From: an uncultured bacterium
GTDB lineage: Bacteria > Armatimonadota > Abditibacteriia > Abditibacteriales > Abditibacteriaceae
Reading direction: 5' to 3'
DNA: 64,000 nt
Assembly (NCBI GenBank): GCA_963843795.1
Contig: CAWJLW010000006.1
Location: 124,001 to 188,000 of the forward strand
The notes beneath the pieces were generated by a model that saw only the letters and a program-made list of their open reading frames with translations, searched no databases and was not told the DNA's origin. This document shows, piece by piece, positions 40,531-50,451 of the stretch. The first letter of the stretch is position 1. Each line of letters opens with the position of its first letter. Both the position numbers and the translations under genes were made by a program.

Positions 40531-41370
40531 ATCGAATCGGGATTATTTTGGTTGGGCGTTATCGGCTTGGGCGCGGCGCATGCTTTCGAGCCGGATCACA
40601 TGGCCGCCGTCAGCACGTTTGTGGCGCAGCGTCCCACGCCGCGCGAAGCCGCCAGTTTCGGCTGCAAATGGGCACTGGGGCATGGGTTCAGTTTGTTGCT
40701 ACTGGGCGGCGCGCTGGCCGCTTTAAAACTGCTGGTGCATCAGCCCGCGTTGTTTGCTTCGGGCGTGCTGGATAAAATCGTCGGACTGGTGTTGCTCGGC
40801 TTGGGTTTGTGGATGATGATTCAACTGCGCACTGGCCCGTATTTACCGCGCACGCTGATTGGTTGGCGCGCGGTTTTGCGCGGTCGTCCTTGGCGCGAAC
40901 GCACGTTGGAAGAACAAATCGTTGAACAACAGGCCAACGCGCGCCAGTCGAAAAACGCAAGTGAAGATGACGATTTGCCCTTGTTTGGTGCGCCCGGAGC
41001 GACCACGACGCGCGCGACTTTACAGCCCGAATCCAGTGCGCGCGTCGTGACGCGCATGGCCACAGCCGAAGGCGAAAAAAGCGGACTGGGTTCCTTATGG
41101 ATGGGAATGTTGCACGGCGCGGCGGGAACGGGCGCGTTCGTCGGGCAGGCCGCGATTACACTTTCGCAAAGCTGGATGACGGCGTTGCTTTACACCGTGC
41201 TATTTTCGCTGGGCGTGCTGATGGCGATGAGCTTTTACGCTTCGGTTCTGGGCGGCGCATTGACTTATGGACAAGCGCGCAGTGCGAATTGGCTGCGCAC
41301 CGCGCGTTGGCTCACAGCGGGCGCGACGTGCGCAATCGGTATCTGTCTGGTGCTGGGAGTTGAATTTTAA
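40531..41370 (+). CDS. UreH/NiCoT-like nickel transporter family membrane protein
   Basis: HAFEPDH (HX4DH-type metal motif), WALGHG, GMLHGAAG; start either ATC 40531 (after GGGAGG) or TTG 40552. Confidence 0.75.
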   Translation: MESGLFWLGVIGLGAAHAFEPDHMAAVSTFVAQRPTPREAASFGCKWALGHGFSLLLLGGALAALKLLVHQPALFASGVLDKIVGLVLLGLGLWMMIQLRTGPYLPRTLIGWRAVLRGRPWRERTLEEQIVEQQANARQSKNASEDDDLPLFGAPGATTTRATLQPESSARVVTRMATAEGEKSGLGSLWMGMLHGAAGTGAFVGQAAITLSQSWMTALLYTVLFSLGVLMAMSFYASVLGGALTYGQARSANWLRTARWLTAGATCAIGICLVLGVEF

Positions 41371-41413
41371 AAAGCCGCTGCAAATACTTGCAGCGGCTTT
41401 TCTTTCAAATTGG

Positions 41414-43441
41414 TCAATCTGGCAGCTTATCGCTTTCCAAATTGAGCCAGGCGCGCTCGTCTTTGGACAATTCAATTTCCAGCGCGGGTAAACTGGTGCG
41501 AATTTCGCTGAGCGCGCGCGGGCCGATAAGCGCGAAAATTGGAAATTCCTGATTCAAAACATAGGCTGCCGCAATGTTGATCGGCGACACACCTTTGCGC
41601 TCTGCAAGTACTTGCACGCGTCCCAAACGCGCGAAGTTATCTTCAGAATACCAGCAGCGCACGAGTTCTTCGTCAGCCGTGAAATCGCGGTCGCCTCGCA
41701 CAAAAAAGCCGCGCGCCTGACTGCTCCACGCGAACAAGGCGATTTCGTGTTCCTGAAACCAATTACGCGAATCGGCATCGCTGCTGGAAATGCAACCTTT
41801 CCACATCGGCTCGACCAAACGCGCGAGAGAAAAATTATTCGACGCGCACACAAATCCGTTCAAATTGTGCGCTTTGGCATATTCGTTCGCAGCGGCGATG
41901 CGCTCGATTGACCAGTTGGAGCCGCCGAAAACGCCGATGCGACCGGCTTGTTGGTGTTCGTTCAACACTTCGATGAATTCGCCCACCGGCACTTCGAGAT
42001 TGTCGCGGTGCATCATGTAAAGATCGACCCCATCAACCTGCATTCTTTCCAGACTTTCGTGGAGTTGGCTGGTCAAACCATCGGGCGTGCAAAACGGCGT
42101 ATGCGCGCCTTTGCCCAGAATCACGATGTCGTCGCGAATGCCGCGCGTTTGCAACCATTGACCCATCAACATTTCCGACTTGCCGTGGCCGCCGTAAATA
42201 TGCGCCGTGTCAAAAGCATTGCCGCCCGCTTCGATCCATGCATCGAACAAGGCGTGCGCGTGTGTGGCTTTATTCGCTGCGCCTTCGAGCATGGTGCCCA
42301 AAACCAACTGCGAAATGGGCTTATCCAAACCGCGCACTTTGCGATATTTCATCGGTGCGCGCTCCTCAACGCGCAAAGTTTGCCCGCCAAGCGGCTTGGC
42401 CCAGCCTTCGGATGTGTCGGCTTGGTATTCCAAACCGATTCCAGCGCGCCATAAATCCAACGCGCGCGCGTTGCCTAAAGCATCTTGCGCCGACATCGCG
42501 GGTGAAGTGACTTTTCCGGTTTCGACCGCGCGCGCAAAGGCTTCGATTTCGTATTCATACAAGCCGCGCTCGGCCTGCACAATTTCTTCGCGCGTTTTGC
42601 CATCGGAGTTGACGATAATTTTGATTTGCCCGTCAGTTTCGCCGCAAAACCACGGCGAAGGAACGTGAATATTGCCGCGCTCGCCGTAAATGCGCACCGC
42701 GTTTTCCAGATTGCAATTCACGCCACAGGAGAGTTGCGCGACGATGTCGCCATCGAATTTCGCGGTTGCGCTCGTCCATTCATCAACACCGCTTTGCCCC
42801 AGATGGCCGACCGCTTTGAATTCGTGCGGCTCGGCGAAATCCTGACCTTTGGCGACGCCGGCAATCAGGCGCGTCATCGACATCGTGTAGCAGCCGACAT
42901 CCAAAATTCCACCGCCGCCCAACTCGCGATTGAACAAACGACTTTCGGCGTTAAAGCCAGCTTGAAAACCAAAGCTCACATTGAGCATTTTAATTTTGCC
43001 GATAACGTCATCGCGCAGCAGTTCGACCAATTTCGCGGTTTGCGGATGGCAGCGATACATGAACGCTTCCATCAAAACGACGCCCGCATTTTCGCACGCT
43101 TCGACCATAACTTGCGCTTGTGACAAATTCATCGCCAGTGGTTTCTCGCACAAAATGTGCTTGCCCGCGCGCGCTGCCGCAATGGTGTTTTGCGCGTGCA
43201 GCGGATGCGGCGTCGAAATATAAACCGCTTGAACTTCGGCATTTTCGAGCAAACTTTCGTAAGTGGCGTGGCGATGTTGAGCGTTGAATTCGTCGCCGAA
43301 TGAATCGGCACTGGCTTGCGAACGGCTGCCGATGGCGACGAGTTCGCCGCAAGTACTTGCAGCCAGTGCGCGCGCGAAAGTTTTGGCGATGGCGCCGGTG
43401 CCGATAATGCCCCAACGCAGTGATTTTGGTGATGATTTCAT
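41414..43441 (-). CDS. Gfo/Idh/MocA oxidoreductase fused to an aldo-keto reductase
   Basis: WGIIGTGAIA, HILCEKPLA, GGGILDVGCY; then FDTAHIYG, DLYMMHRD, GGSNW, AWSSQARG. Confidence 0.9.
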   Translation of the reverse strand: MKSSPKSLRWGIIGTGAIAKTFARALAASTCGELVAIGSRSQASADSFGDEFNAQHRHATYESLLENAEVQAVYISTPHPLHAQNTIAAARAGKHILCEKPLAMNLSQAQVMVEACENAGVVLMEAFMYRCHPQTAKLVELLRDDVIGKIKMLNVSFGFQAGFNAESRLFNRELGGGGILDVGCYTMSMTRLIAGVAKGQDFAEPHEFKAVGHLGQSGVDEWTSATAKFDGDIVAQLSCGVNCNLENAVRIYGERGNIHVPSPWFCGETDGQIKIIVNSDGKTREEIVQAERGLYEYEIEAFARAVETGKVTSPAMSAQDALGNARALDLWRAGIGLEYQADTSEGWAKPLGGQTLRVEERAPMKYRKVRGLDKPISQLVLGTMLEGAANKATHAHALFDAWIEAGGNAFDTAHIYGGHGKSEMLMGQWLQTRGIRDDIVILGKGAHTPFCTPDGLTSQLHESLERMQVDGVDLYMMHRDNLEVPVGEFIEVLNEHQQAGRIGVFGGSNWSIERIAAANEYAKAHNLNGFVCASNNFSLARLVEPMWKGCISSSDADSRNWFQEHEIALFAWSSQARGFFVRGDRDFTADEELVRCWYSEDNFARLGRVQVLAERKGVSPINIAAAYVLNQEFPIFALIGPRALSEIRTSLPALEIELSKDERAWLNLESDKLPD

Positions 43442-43530
43442 AAACCAACTTTATCGCAAAACTGTGCGTATAGAAACGCCAAAAGCGCGCTGCAAGTACT
43501 TGCAGCGCGCTTTTCTGGTTCTCAAATTTG

Positions 43531-44910
43531 CTACGGCGTGGCGGAAGCGGCTTCAGGCAGGTTTTTGTCGTCGGCAGCAAAGGGCTTGACATCGCTCGAA
43601 GGTGGGCGTTCGTCGGTGGGCGAAATCGGGCAGCCGCTGGTGTCGCACATTCCGCCGGTGATGATGCGCGCGCCACGATTTTCAGCTAAATAAGCCCAGC
43701 CCCAGCGAAAAATGACGATGATGCGATTGTAGAAACCGATGAGGAAATAAACGTGGACGAACAGCCACGAAATCCACGCCAAAAAGCCGCTCAAATGCAC
43801 GCGATTGAACATATCCGCAACCGCTGCTGCGCGTCCAATCGTCGCCATTTTACCTTTGTCGAAATATTTGAACGGCTTGCGCGCTTCGCCTTTGAGTGTC
43901 GCGATAATATTCTTGGCCGCGCGCTCGCCTTCTTTAATTGCGACCGGCGACAAACCGGGCAACGGCTCGCCGGTTTGGTGAGAATAATTGGCTAGATCGC
44001 CGACCACGAAAACTTCGGGATGATTGGGAATCGATAAGTCCGATTCGACGATGACGCGTCCGCCTTTATCGGTCGGCACGCCCAAAACTTTGCCCAAAGG
44101 CGAAGCCGAAATGCCCGCCGTCCAGATAATGGTGCGTGCGCGCACGATTTCGGTTCCGATTTCCACTTTGCCGGGTTCGATGTCGGTCACGCGCGGGCCG
44201 AGTTTGATTTCAACGCCGATTTTTTCCAATTGTCGCTGCGCCGAAGCCGATAAATCTTCAGGATATTCGTTCAGCACGCGGTCGCCGCTTTGCACCAAAA
44301 TCACGCGCGTGTGCGTCGGATCGATGGTGCGAAAATCGTTTTTCAAGGTATTGCGCGAAATTTCGGCAATCGCGCCCGCCATCTCGACACCGGTTGGCCC
44401 GCCGCCCACGACCACAAATGTCAAAAGTTCGCGGCGCTCTTCGCTATCAATCGCCATGCGCTCGGCGGCTTCGTAAGCGCACAAAATGCGGCGGCGAATT
44501 TCCAGCGCGTCTTCGACCGATTTGAGGCCGGGCGCGACCTGCGCCCAATCGTCATGGCCGAAATACGCGGTTTGAGCGCCTGCGGCCACGATCAAATAAT
44601 CGTAAGTCATGTTGCCATCGGCCAGTTGAATGTACTTTTTCTCGACATCAATGCCAGTCACTTCGGCTAAAAAAACCTGCACGTTGCGATAGCGCGATAA
44701 AACCGCACGAATCGGAATCGCGATTTCACCGGCAGAAAGCGCAGCGGTAGCGACTTGATATAAAAGCGGCTGGAATAAATGATGATTGCGCCGGTCAAGC
44801 AGAGTGACGCGCACGGGCGCTTTGGCGAGTGCGCGCGCCGCATACAAACCGGCGAAACCTCCGCCGATGACCACGACGTGCGGCGTGCGCACAGATTTTT
44901 GGGAAGCCAT
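43531..44910 (-). CDS. ndh: Type II NADH dehydrogenase (FAD-dependent)
   Basis: VVIGGGFAG, HLFQPLLYQVAT, VVGGGPTGVEMAG, VGD, YFDKGKMATIGR. Confidence 0.92.
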   Translation of the reverse strand: MASQKSVRTPHVVVIGGGFAGLYAARALAKAPVRVTLLDRRNHHLFQPLLYQVATAALSAGEIAIPIRAVLSRYRNVQVFLAEVTGIDVEKKYIQLADGNMTYDYLIVAAGAQTAYFGHDDWAQVAPGLKSVEDALEIRRRILCAYEAAERMAIDSEERRELLTFVVVGGGPTGVEMAGAIAEISRNTLKNDFRTIDPTHTRVILVQSGDRVLNEYPEDLSASAQRQLEKIGVEIKLGPRVTDIEPGKVEIGTEIVRARTIIWTAGISASPLGKVLGVPTDKGGRVIVESDLSIPNHPEVFVVGDLANYSHQTGEPLPGLSPVAIKEGERAAKNIIATLKGEARKPFKYFDKGKMATIGRAAAVADMFNRVHLSGFLAWISWLFVHVYFLIGFYNRIIVIFRWGWAYLAENRGARIITGGMCDTSGCPISPTDERPPSSDVKPFAADDKNLPEAASATP

Positions 44911-45188
44911 AAATTTCTCGGTTTTAAGTTAAATTCGACAATTCGCGCTACAACGCAATTGCAAGTACTTGCGGCGACTGTGACGGGCGCAAGTTTGTCT
45001 GTTTGCGCGCATTTTCACAACCACTTTCTGTCAAATTTCACGCCACCAAATGCCGCGCGTGCTGTCATTGATGGCAAACGAAAGCCAACGAAAAGTTACA
45101 CTCGCTTCCAACGAATGCGCTCCTGCTTCAAGGTGAATGAGCCAGAGAAATCTAAACGGAAGGCGCATTTTGTTGCATTTTTATCATT

Positions 45189-45914
45189 ATGGCCGCTTCT
45201 TCTCTACATAACGATCTTTCATTTGAACGCAGTGCAGCCCGACCCGCTTGGCCCGCGCATTTGGCGGGCGGGTTCTTACTGTTAATCGCGCTACCAGCAT
45301 TTGATTTGGGCGCACGCGCTTCGAGCGGAGATTGCGCGGCGCTTTTATTCCTGGGCGTGTGCGCTTTCCTTATCGGCTGGACGCCATTGCGCCGCTATTT
45401 CGAGCGCGACGACGCGACTGGTCACAATGCAACGACATTCGCACTGATGGCAGCGATGTTCACAATTTACATGCTGTCGCGCCGCCTGGAACCGGCGGGC
45501 GGTCCAGCATTGAAATTCGCGTGGTCGCCTGATGAACCGTTTCCCATTTCCTATGCGGCGTTCATCAGCGTTTTGGGCGCGCTGATCGTCATTTGGCCAA
45601 CGTGGAAAGTTTGTAGCGGCGTGACGCGCGCGATGGGTTTGGCGATAGTGATTTTGAGCGTCTTGGGCGCGGGCACGTTTTGGTTTCTGGGCCATTATTT
45701 CGCAGTCGGCCCGGTCGATGTTCTGGTGCCAAACCCGTTTGTGCAGTTGTGGATGCAGGCCGTCGAATATGGCGCGCTGGCAATTTTATGTCACGCGGCG
45801 GCATCGCACATCGCCGCGCGGCGCTGGATTTTACGCGTGCTGCCCCTTTTGCTGCTGGCCCTTTGGGCGCGTCATCAATTTTCCGCTCCCATCGTGGAAG
45901 ATGATGGTGAATAA
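45189..45914 (+). CDS. Hypothetical membrane protein
   Basis: 241-aa ORF with ~7 TM segments. Confidence 0.65.
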   Translation: MAASSLHNDLSFERSAARPAWPAHLAGGFLLLIALPAFDLGARASSGDCAALLFLGVCAFLIGWTPLRRYFERDDATGHNATTFALMAAMFTIYMLSRRLEPAGGPALKFAWSPDEPFPISYAAFISVLGALIVIWPTWKVCSGVTRAMGLAIVILSVLGAGTFWFLGHYFAVGPVDVLVPNPFVQLWMQAVEYGALAILCHAAASHIAARRWILRVLPLLLLALWARHQFSAPIVEDDGE

Positions 45915-45973
45915 CTCAAAGACGGTTCCTGCAAGTACTTGCAAGAACTGTCTTGCTCTTTTGATTTAAAACT

Positions 45974-47446
45974 ATGAAATTGAAATTTGAGCCGACACGC
46001 GCGGCATGGTGGGATGGCGTCGGTCTGGTATTGTTAATTTTGGCCTTGTGCTCGCAGCTCAACATTGGCGACATCGGGCGCGACACCTACGCCACGCAGG
46101 GCTATGTCACCAAGCAATTGAAAATCGCGCTACCTGACATCGCGTTGCTGTTGAACTTCGTCTGGTTTTTGGTACGCACCACGATGTTGCGCGGCTGGCG
46201 GCGCGTGTGGTGGCCGCCGCTGCCTTGCTGGGCGCTGTTGTTCGCGTTCACGCTTTCGCTGGTTCATTCGCCTTCGATCTGGAAAAAATCGGCACTTGCA
46301 GTGCGTACCGCGCAGGGCGAACTGCAAGATAGCGCGCCGCCCATCGCTCGTCGGGCGCAGTTGAAAATCATTCTCAAAGATAAAGGTGCTTCGCAAGCCA
46401 TTAAAGAAGGCATCGCCGATACGATTCAAATGGGTTTGTATTTTCTGATCGCACCGCTGATCTTTGTGAATTTGCTGCGCGACCGTCGCACCTCCGAAAA
46501 CACCGAAATTTTCATCGACCGGCGCGAATTGGCTCTTAAAAGTTTGGGCATTGGCGCATTGTTGGCGGTCGCGCTCGCTTTGTGGCAGGCGGCGCAAGCG
46601 AGTTCGGCGCCACCGATTTCTGGTTTTGGTTCGCCCAACGCGTGGGCGGCGTGGCTAGCGATTGCTCTGCCCTTAGGTTTGACGTGGGGCAACAGCGACC
46701 CGGCATTGGGATGGGCACGACGTTTGGCTCTCCCGGTTGCGATTATCGGTTTGTTGACCGTGATGTCGCCGTGGGCGTATGCCGCCGCACTTTTGGGAAC
46801 GTGGGCGACGGTGTGCTGGGCCAAAGGTGTGCGGCGTGTGCGATTGGGCGTTGTGGCACTTTTACTGACGGTTTTCTGTGGCATTATCTGGGTGCAAACG
46901 CCGCGCGATGCGCGTCGGGAAACTTTTCTGCGCATTGATAATCCTCAGGCCAAGAGCGATGACGGCAAAAAAGTGAAAAAGCAGTATGTCGAGTGGGCGG
47001 CGGCGATTGGCTGGGCAATGCCGGGTGAAGGCGCGTTCGCGACTGGGGTCGGGCCGGGCAACTATCAGGGCAATATCGGAACTTATTACGCCAGCGGTTT
47101 GCCCAACGAAGAAAAGATGCCGCCCGATTCCAACAACTTGTATCTCGTCCAAGGCGTTTCTCTGGGGATCTTGGGATTGGGCGCGCTGCTATGGATGGTG
47201 GGGCATTTCGCGCAAATCGCGTGGCGCGCGCGGGCTGCAATAGGCGATAACTGGCTGGCAATTGGCGCTCTGGGTTCGCTGTTTTCGTGGTTCTTAGTCA
47301 ACTTTTTTCACGCTGCGATTGTGCGTGGCACCGGACTTTTGCTAGCCTTGATTTTTGCCTTGTGCGTGGTTTGCGTCGAGGTGTGGCGCAGCGGTGCAAA
47401 CGCAGATGCGATAACTGAAACAAGCAAGCCAATTGCAGCGAATTGA
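45974..47446 (+). CDS. O-antigen ligase/polymerase family membrane protein
   Basis: FGSPN, TGVGPGNY, N.YL....LGILGL Wzy_C-like motifs. Confidence 0.7.
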   Translation: MKLKFEPTRAAWWDGVGLVLLILALCSQLNIGDIGRDTYATQGYVTKQLKIALPDIALLLNFVWFLVRTTMLRGWRRVWWPPLPCWALLFAFTLSLVHSPSIWKKSALAVRTAQGELQDSAPPIARRAQLKIILKDKGASQAIKEGIADTIQMGLYFLIAPLIFVNLLRDRRTSENTEIFIDRRELALKSLGIGALLAVALALWQAAQASSAPPISGFGSPNAWAAWLAIALPLGLTWGNSDPALGWARRLALPVAIIGLLTVMSPWAYAAALLGTWATVCWAKGVRRVRLGVVALLLTVFCGIIWVQTPRDARRETFLRIDNPQAKSDDGKKVKKQYVEWAAAIGWAMPGEGAFATGVGPGNYQGNIGTYYASGLPNEEKMPPDSNNLYLVQGVSLGILGLGALLWMVGHFAQIAWRARAAIGDNWLAIGALGSLFSWFLVNFFHAAIVRGTGLLLALIFALCVVCVEVWRSGANADAITETSKPIAAN

Positions 47447-47595
47447 ACGTCAGGGCAAGGTTCGCGTCTGAGAGTTTTATAAAGTTTTTAGGCGCAACCT
47501 GACGAAAAAACGGGTGTCGCATAGTGCGCTGATAGAGAAATTTTAAGTGAAACTGTTTCAGTAACTCATTAATTTCGCAATTTAAAAGGAGAACT

Positions 47596-48120
47596 ATGAA
47601 AAATCAAATCAAGACTGTATTGGGCGCGATGGCGCTGATTTCTACACTCGGCGCAACTAGCGCTTTTGCTGCAGGCGCCAAAGTGTGCGTCGAAGCCGAA
47701 AAAGCCAGCGCCGTGGAATCGCCCCTTAAGAAAGTCGCCAAAGCTGACAAAGCGTGGAGCGGTGGCGGCTATATCGACATTCCGTGGGATCGTAACAAGA
47801 CCAAAGGCATCGGCAGCGCGACTTTGAAATTCAATGTTAAAACTGCGGGCGTTTACTATGTTTGGGCGCGCACTTTCTGGGCGAATGGCTGCGGCAACTC
47901 GGTCGAAGTCAGCGTCAATGGCGCCAGCCCGAAAATTCTGGGCGAAGATGGCAACTACGATAAATGGCATTGGGTTGGCGGCAAGGCGCGTGTGCAATTG
48001 AAAGCGGGCGTCAATACGTTGGTTTTGAAGAACCGCGAAACCGGCGTTAAAGTCGATCAGTTCTTCTTCTCGCAAGACGGCGAATATGTGCCGGTCGGCA
48101 TTCGCAAAGCAACTTCGTAA
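47596..48120 (+). CDS. Secreted carbohydrate-binding-module-like protein
   Basis: Signal peptide; VEAE, AGVYYVWAR, WHWV, LKAGVNTL, RETGVKVDQ; AGGAG RBS. Confidence 0.65.
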   Translation: MKNQIKTVLGAMALISTLGATSAFAAGAKVCVEAEKASAVESPLKKVAKADKAWSGGGYIDIPWDRNKTKGIGSATLKFNVKTAGVYYVWARTFWANGCGNSVEVSVNGASPKILGEDGNYDKWHWVGGKARVQLKAGVNTLVLKNRETGVKVDQFFFSQDGEYVPVGIRKATS

Positions 48121-48208
48121 ACCTTGATAAATGTAAGACGAAACCCCGCTGCAAGTACTTGCAGCGGGGTTTTGCACGACAAATTTCAGAAATTTTGAGA
48201 ACAGAAAA

Positions 48209-48787
48209 ATGCACATCATCGTGGGTTTGGGGAATCCGGGCGCGCAATACGAGCGCACGCGCCACAACATCGGTTGGATGGTTTTGGACGAATTGGCGCG
48301 TCGTCACGCCATCGAAATTAGCAAGCGCCAGTGCGAAGCGCGCGTGGGCAGTGGTTTTTTAACGGGCGAAAATGCGACGAAAATTCTTTTGGCCAAACCA
48401 TTGACTTATATGAATCTCAGCGGGCGCAGCGTGCAGGCGTTGTTGAAATTTTATGATGTCGAGCGCGCGAATTTATTGATCGTGACTGATGATTTAAACT
48501 TACCAACCGGTAAATTGCGCTTGCGCGCCGGTGGCAGCGATGGCGGTCACAATGGCTTGAAATCTATCACGCAAATGTTGGGCGGCAACGATTTCGCGCG
48601 GCTGCGCTTTGGCGTTGGCGCGCCGCACGCGCGCGAGCGTCAGGAACGTGGCACAGCCGATTTCGTACTACGACCGTTCGACAAATCGGAAAGCGAAGAA
48701 ATCGCGCTTTCGATTCAAAATGCCGCCGATTGTATCGAACATTGGGCGCAAAACGGCGTCATAAGTTCTATGAATCGCTTCAATTGA
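48209..48787 (+). CDS. pth: Peptidyl-tRNA hydrolase
   Basis: IVGLGNPG..Y..TRHNIG, KPLTYMNLSG, GGHNGLKSI. Confidence 0.97.
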   Translation: MHIIVGLGNPGAQYERTRHNIGWMVLDELARRHAIEISKRQCEARVGSGFLTGENATKILLAKPLTYMNLSGRSVQALLKFYDVERANLLIVTDDLNLPTGKLRLRAGGSDGGHNGLKSITQMLGGNDFARLRFGVGAPHARERQERGTADFVLRPFDKSESEEIALSIQNAADCIEHWAQNGVISSMNRFN

Positions 48788-48888
48788 ATAGAATTGAAGT
48801 GAGAGAAACATTTATTGTGCCCTGCAAGTACTTGCAGGGCTTTATCTTACAAAGCACGTTTGTTACGCAGAAAAAATCAGGAGACACT

Positions 48889-49356
48889 ATGAAATTAATT
48901 CAGACTCTCGCACTGGCCGCTTTTGGTGCCACGACTTATCTCAGCGCTCCGGCGCAGGCCGCGCCCGCCATTCAGTGGCAGCCCACTTTCGAAAGCGCTC
49001 TCGCCGCGGCCAAACGCACCCAAAAGCCGATTATGGTCGATTTTTACGCGACGTGGTGCGGCCCGTGCAAATTGTTGGATGAAAAAGTGTATTCCAACGC
49101 CAAAGTAGTGGCGGCTTCGCGCAACTGGATTAACGTCAAAGTCGATGGCGAAAAGCGCGCCGATTTGATGAAAAAATATGGCGTCACCGGCTTTCCGACT
49201 GTGGCTTATTTGTATCCCAACGGCAAAGTTTCGAAAAAGCAAGAAGGTTTGGCGATTCCCAAAAGCGAGCAGAGCGATATGAACAAAGCCGTCGCGTATT
49301 TAGTGAAAGATGCGGTCAATACGCTGAATAGCCAGCGCACCAAAATCAAAAAATAA
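48889..49356 (+). CDS. Exported thioredoxin family protein
   Basis: Signal peptide, VDFYATWCGPC, YGVTGFPT. Confidence 0.85.
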   Translation: MKLIQTLALAAFGATTYLSAPAQAAPAIQWQPTFESALAAAKRTQKPIMVDFYATWCGPCKLLDEKVYSNAKVVAASRNWINVKVDGEKRADLMKKYGVTGFPTVAYLYPNGKVSKKQEGLAIPKSEQSDMNKAVAYLVKDAVNTLNSQRTKIKK

Positions 49357-49432
49357 GTTCGCTCACTTCAAAACCGCGCTGCAAGTACTTGCGCAAGTAC
49401 TTGTAGCGCGGTTTTTTGTTTCACTGGGCTTT

Positions 49433-50086
49433 ATGTCTGAATTTTCTCATCCACAAATCAAAATCTGCGGCACAACTTCCATTGCAGACGCGCGTTTGGC
49501 CCAAGATGCGGGCGCCGACTTTCTTGGCATTATCGTCGAACACGCGCCCAGTCCGCGTAACCTTTCCCTCAAACAAGCTCGGGATATCGCCGCCGAAATT
49601 TCTACACCGATTGTTGTTGTGGCTGTGAATCGTGATCTGGATTGGTTGGTCGAAGTTCAGCGAACGCTCAACGCGCACGCGTTGCAACTGCATGGCGATG
49701 AACCACCTGAACTAGTGCGCGAACTCAAAGCCCAGAATATCGAAGTCTGGACGGCGATTAGTGGAAACGACGCGCGCAATCGAGCGCGCCAAATGATCGA
49801 TGCGGGCAGCGACGCCCTGTTGATCGATGCGCGCTCGCACAACCAAAATGGCGTGATTTACGGCGGAACTGGCTTGCGCGGCGATTGGAATTTAGCACGC
49901 GAATTGGTGAACGATGGTGCGCGAGTGATTTTAGCGGGCGGTTTGGACGCAGAAAACGTGCGCGACGCGATAGATTACGTGCGACCCTGGATGGTCGATG
50001 CCATTTCGGGCGTAGAAAAAAGCAAAGGCGTCAAAGACGGCGAAAAAGTGCTGGCGTTTGTGAAGGCAGTCAAAGAATCTGCGTAA
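49433..50086 (+). CDS. trpF: Phosphoribosylanthranilate isomerase
   Basis: IKICG, QLHGDE, GGTG...DW, ILAGGL..ENV, D..SGVE...GVKD. Confidence 0.95.
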   Translation: MSEFSHPQIKICGTTSIADARLAQDAGADFLGIIVEHAPSPRNLSLKQARDIAAEISTPIVVVAVNRDLDWLVEVQRTLNAHALQLHGDEPPELVRELKAQNIEVWTAISGNDARNRARQMIDAGSDALLIDARSHNQNGVIYGGTGLRGDWNLARELVNDGARVILAGGLDAENVRDAIDYVRPWMVDAISGVEKSKGVKDGEKVLAFVKAVKESA

Positions 50087-50100
50087 GGTGAGAAAAACTA

Positions 50101-50421
50101 ATGAGACAAAACACTGGCCACAGAAATCAAAAAACTATCAAAGGCCCAACCTGGAAACGCGCCAATCTGGTCAATCCTACCAAAGGTCGCGAGCTGATTT
50201 TACGCGCGGCCAGACACGAAATTGATAAAGAAATGCGCCATCTTTCAAAGCTCGAAAACCTGAGCGAGGAAAATGGGGACAGCGTTTTTGTACGAGATAT
50301 TTTGGTGAAAATTATCAAAACGCACAACATTCCAACCGCAACTCATAACACTCTTACTGCGGCTGATATCAGCGAACTCAACGCTTATTACGCGCGCGCA
50401 CTGAGCAAAATTATGTCGTGA
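50101..50421 (+). CDS. Hypothetical protein
   Basis: 106-aa ATG ORF directly after trpF; no recognised motif. Confidence 0.45.
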   Translation: MRQNTGHRNQKTIKGPTWKRANLVNPTKGRELILRAARHEIDKEMRHLSKLENLSEENGDSVFVRDILVKIIKTHNIPTATHNTLTAADISELNAYYARALSKIMS

Positions 50422-50451
50422 AAGGTAAACAAATCTAAACCAGCCGTCACT

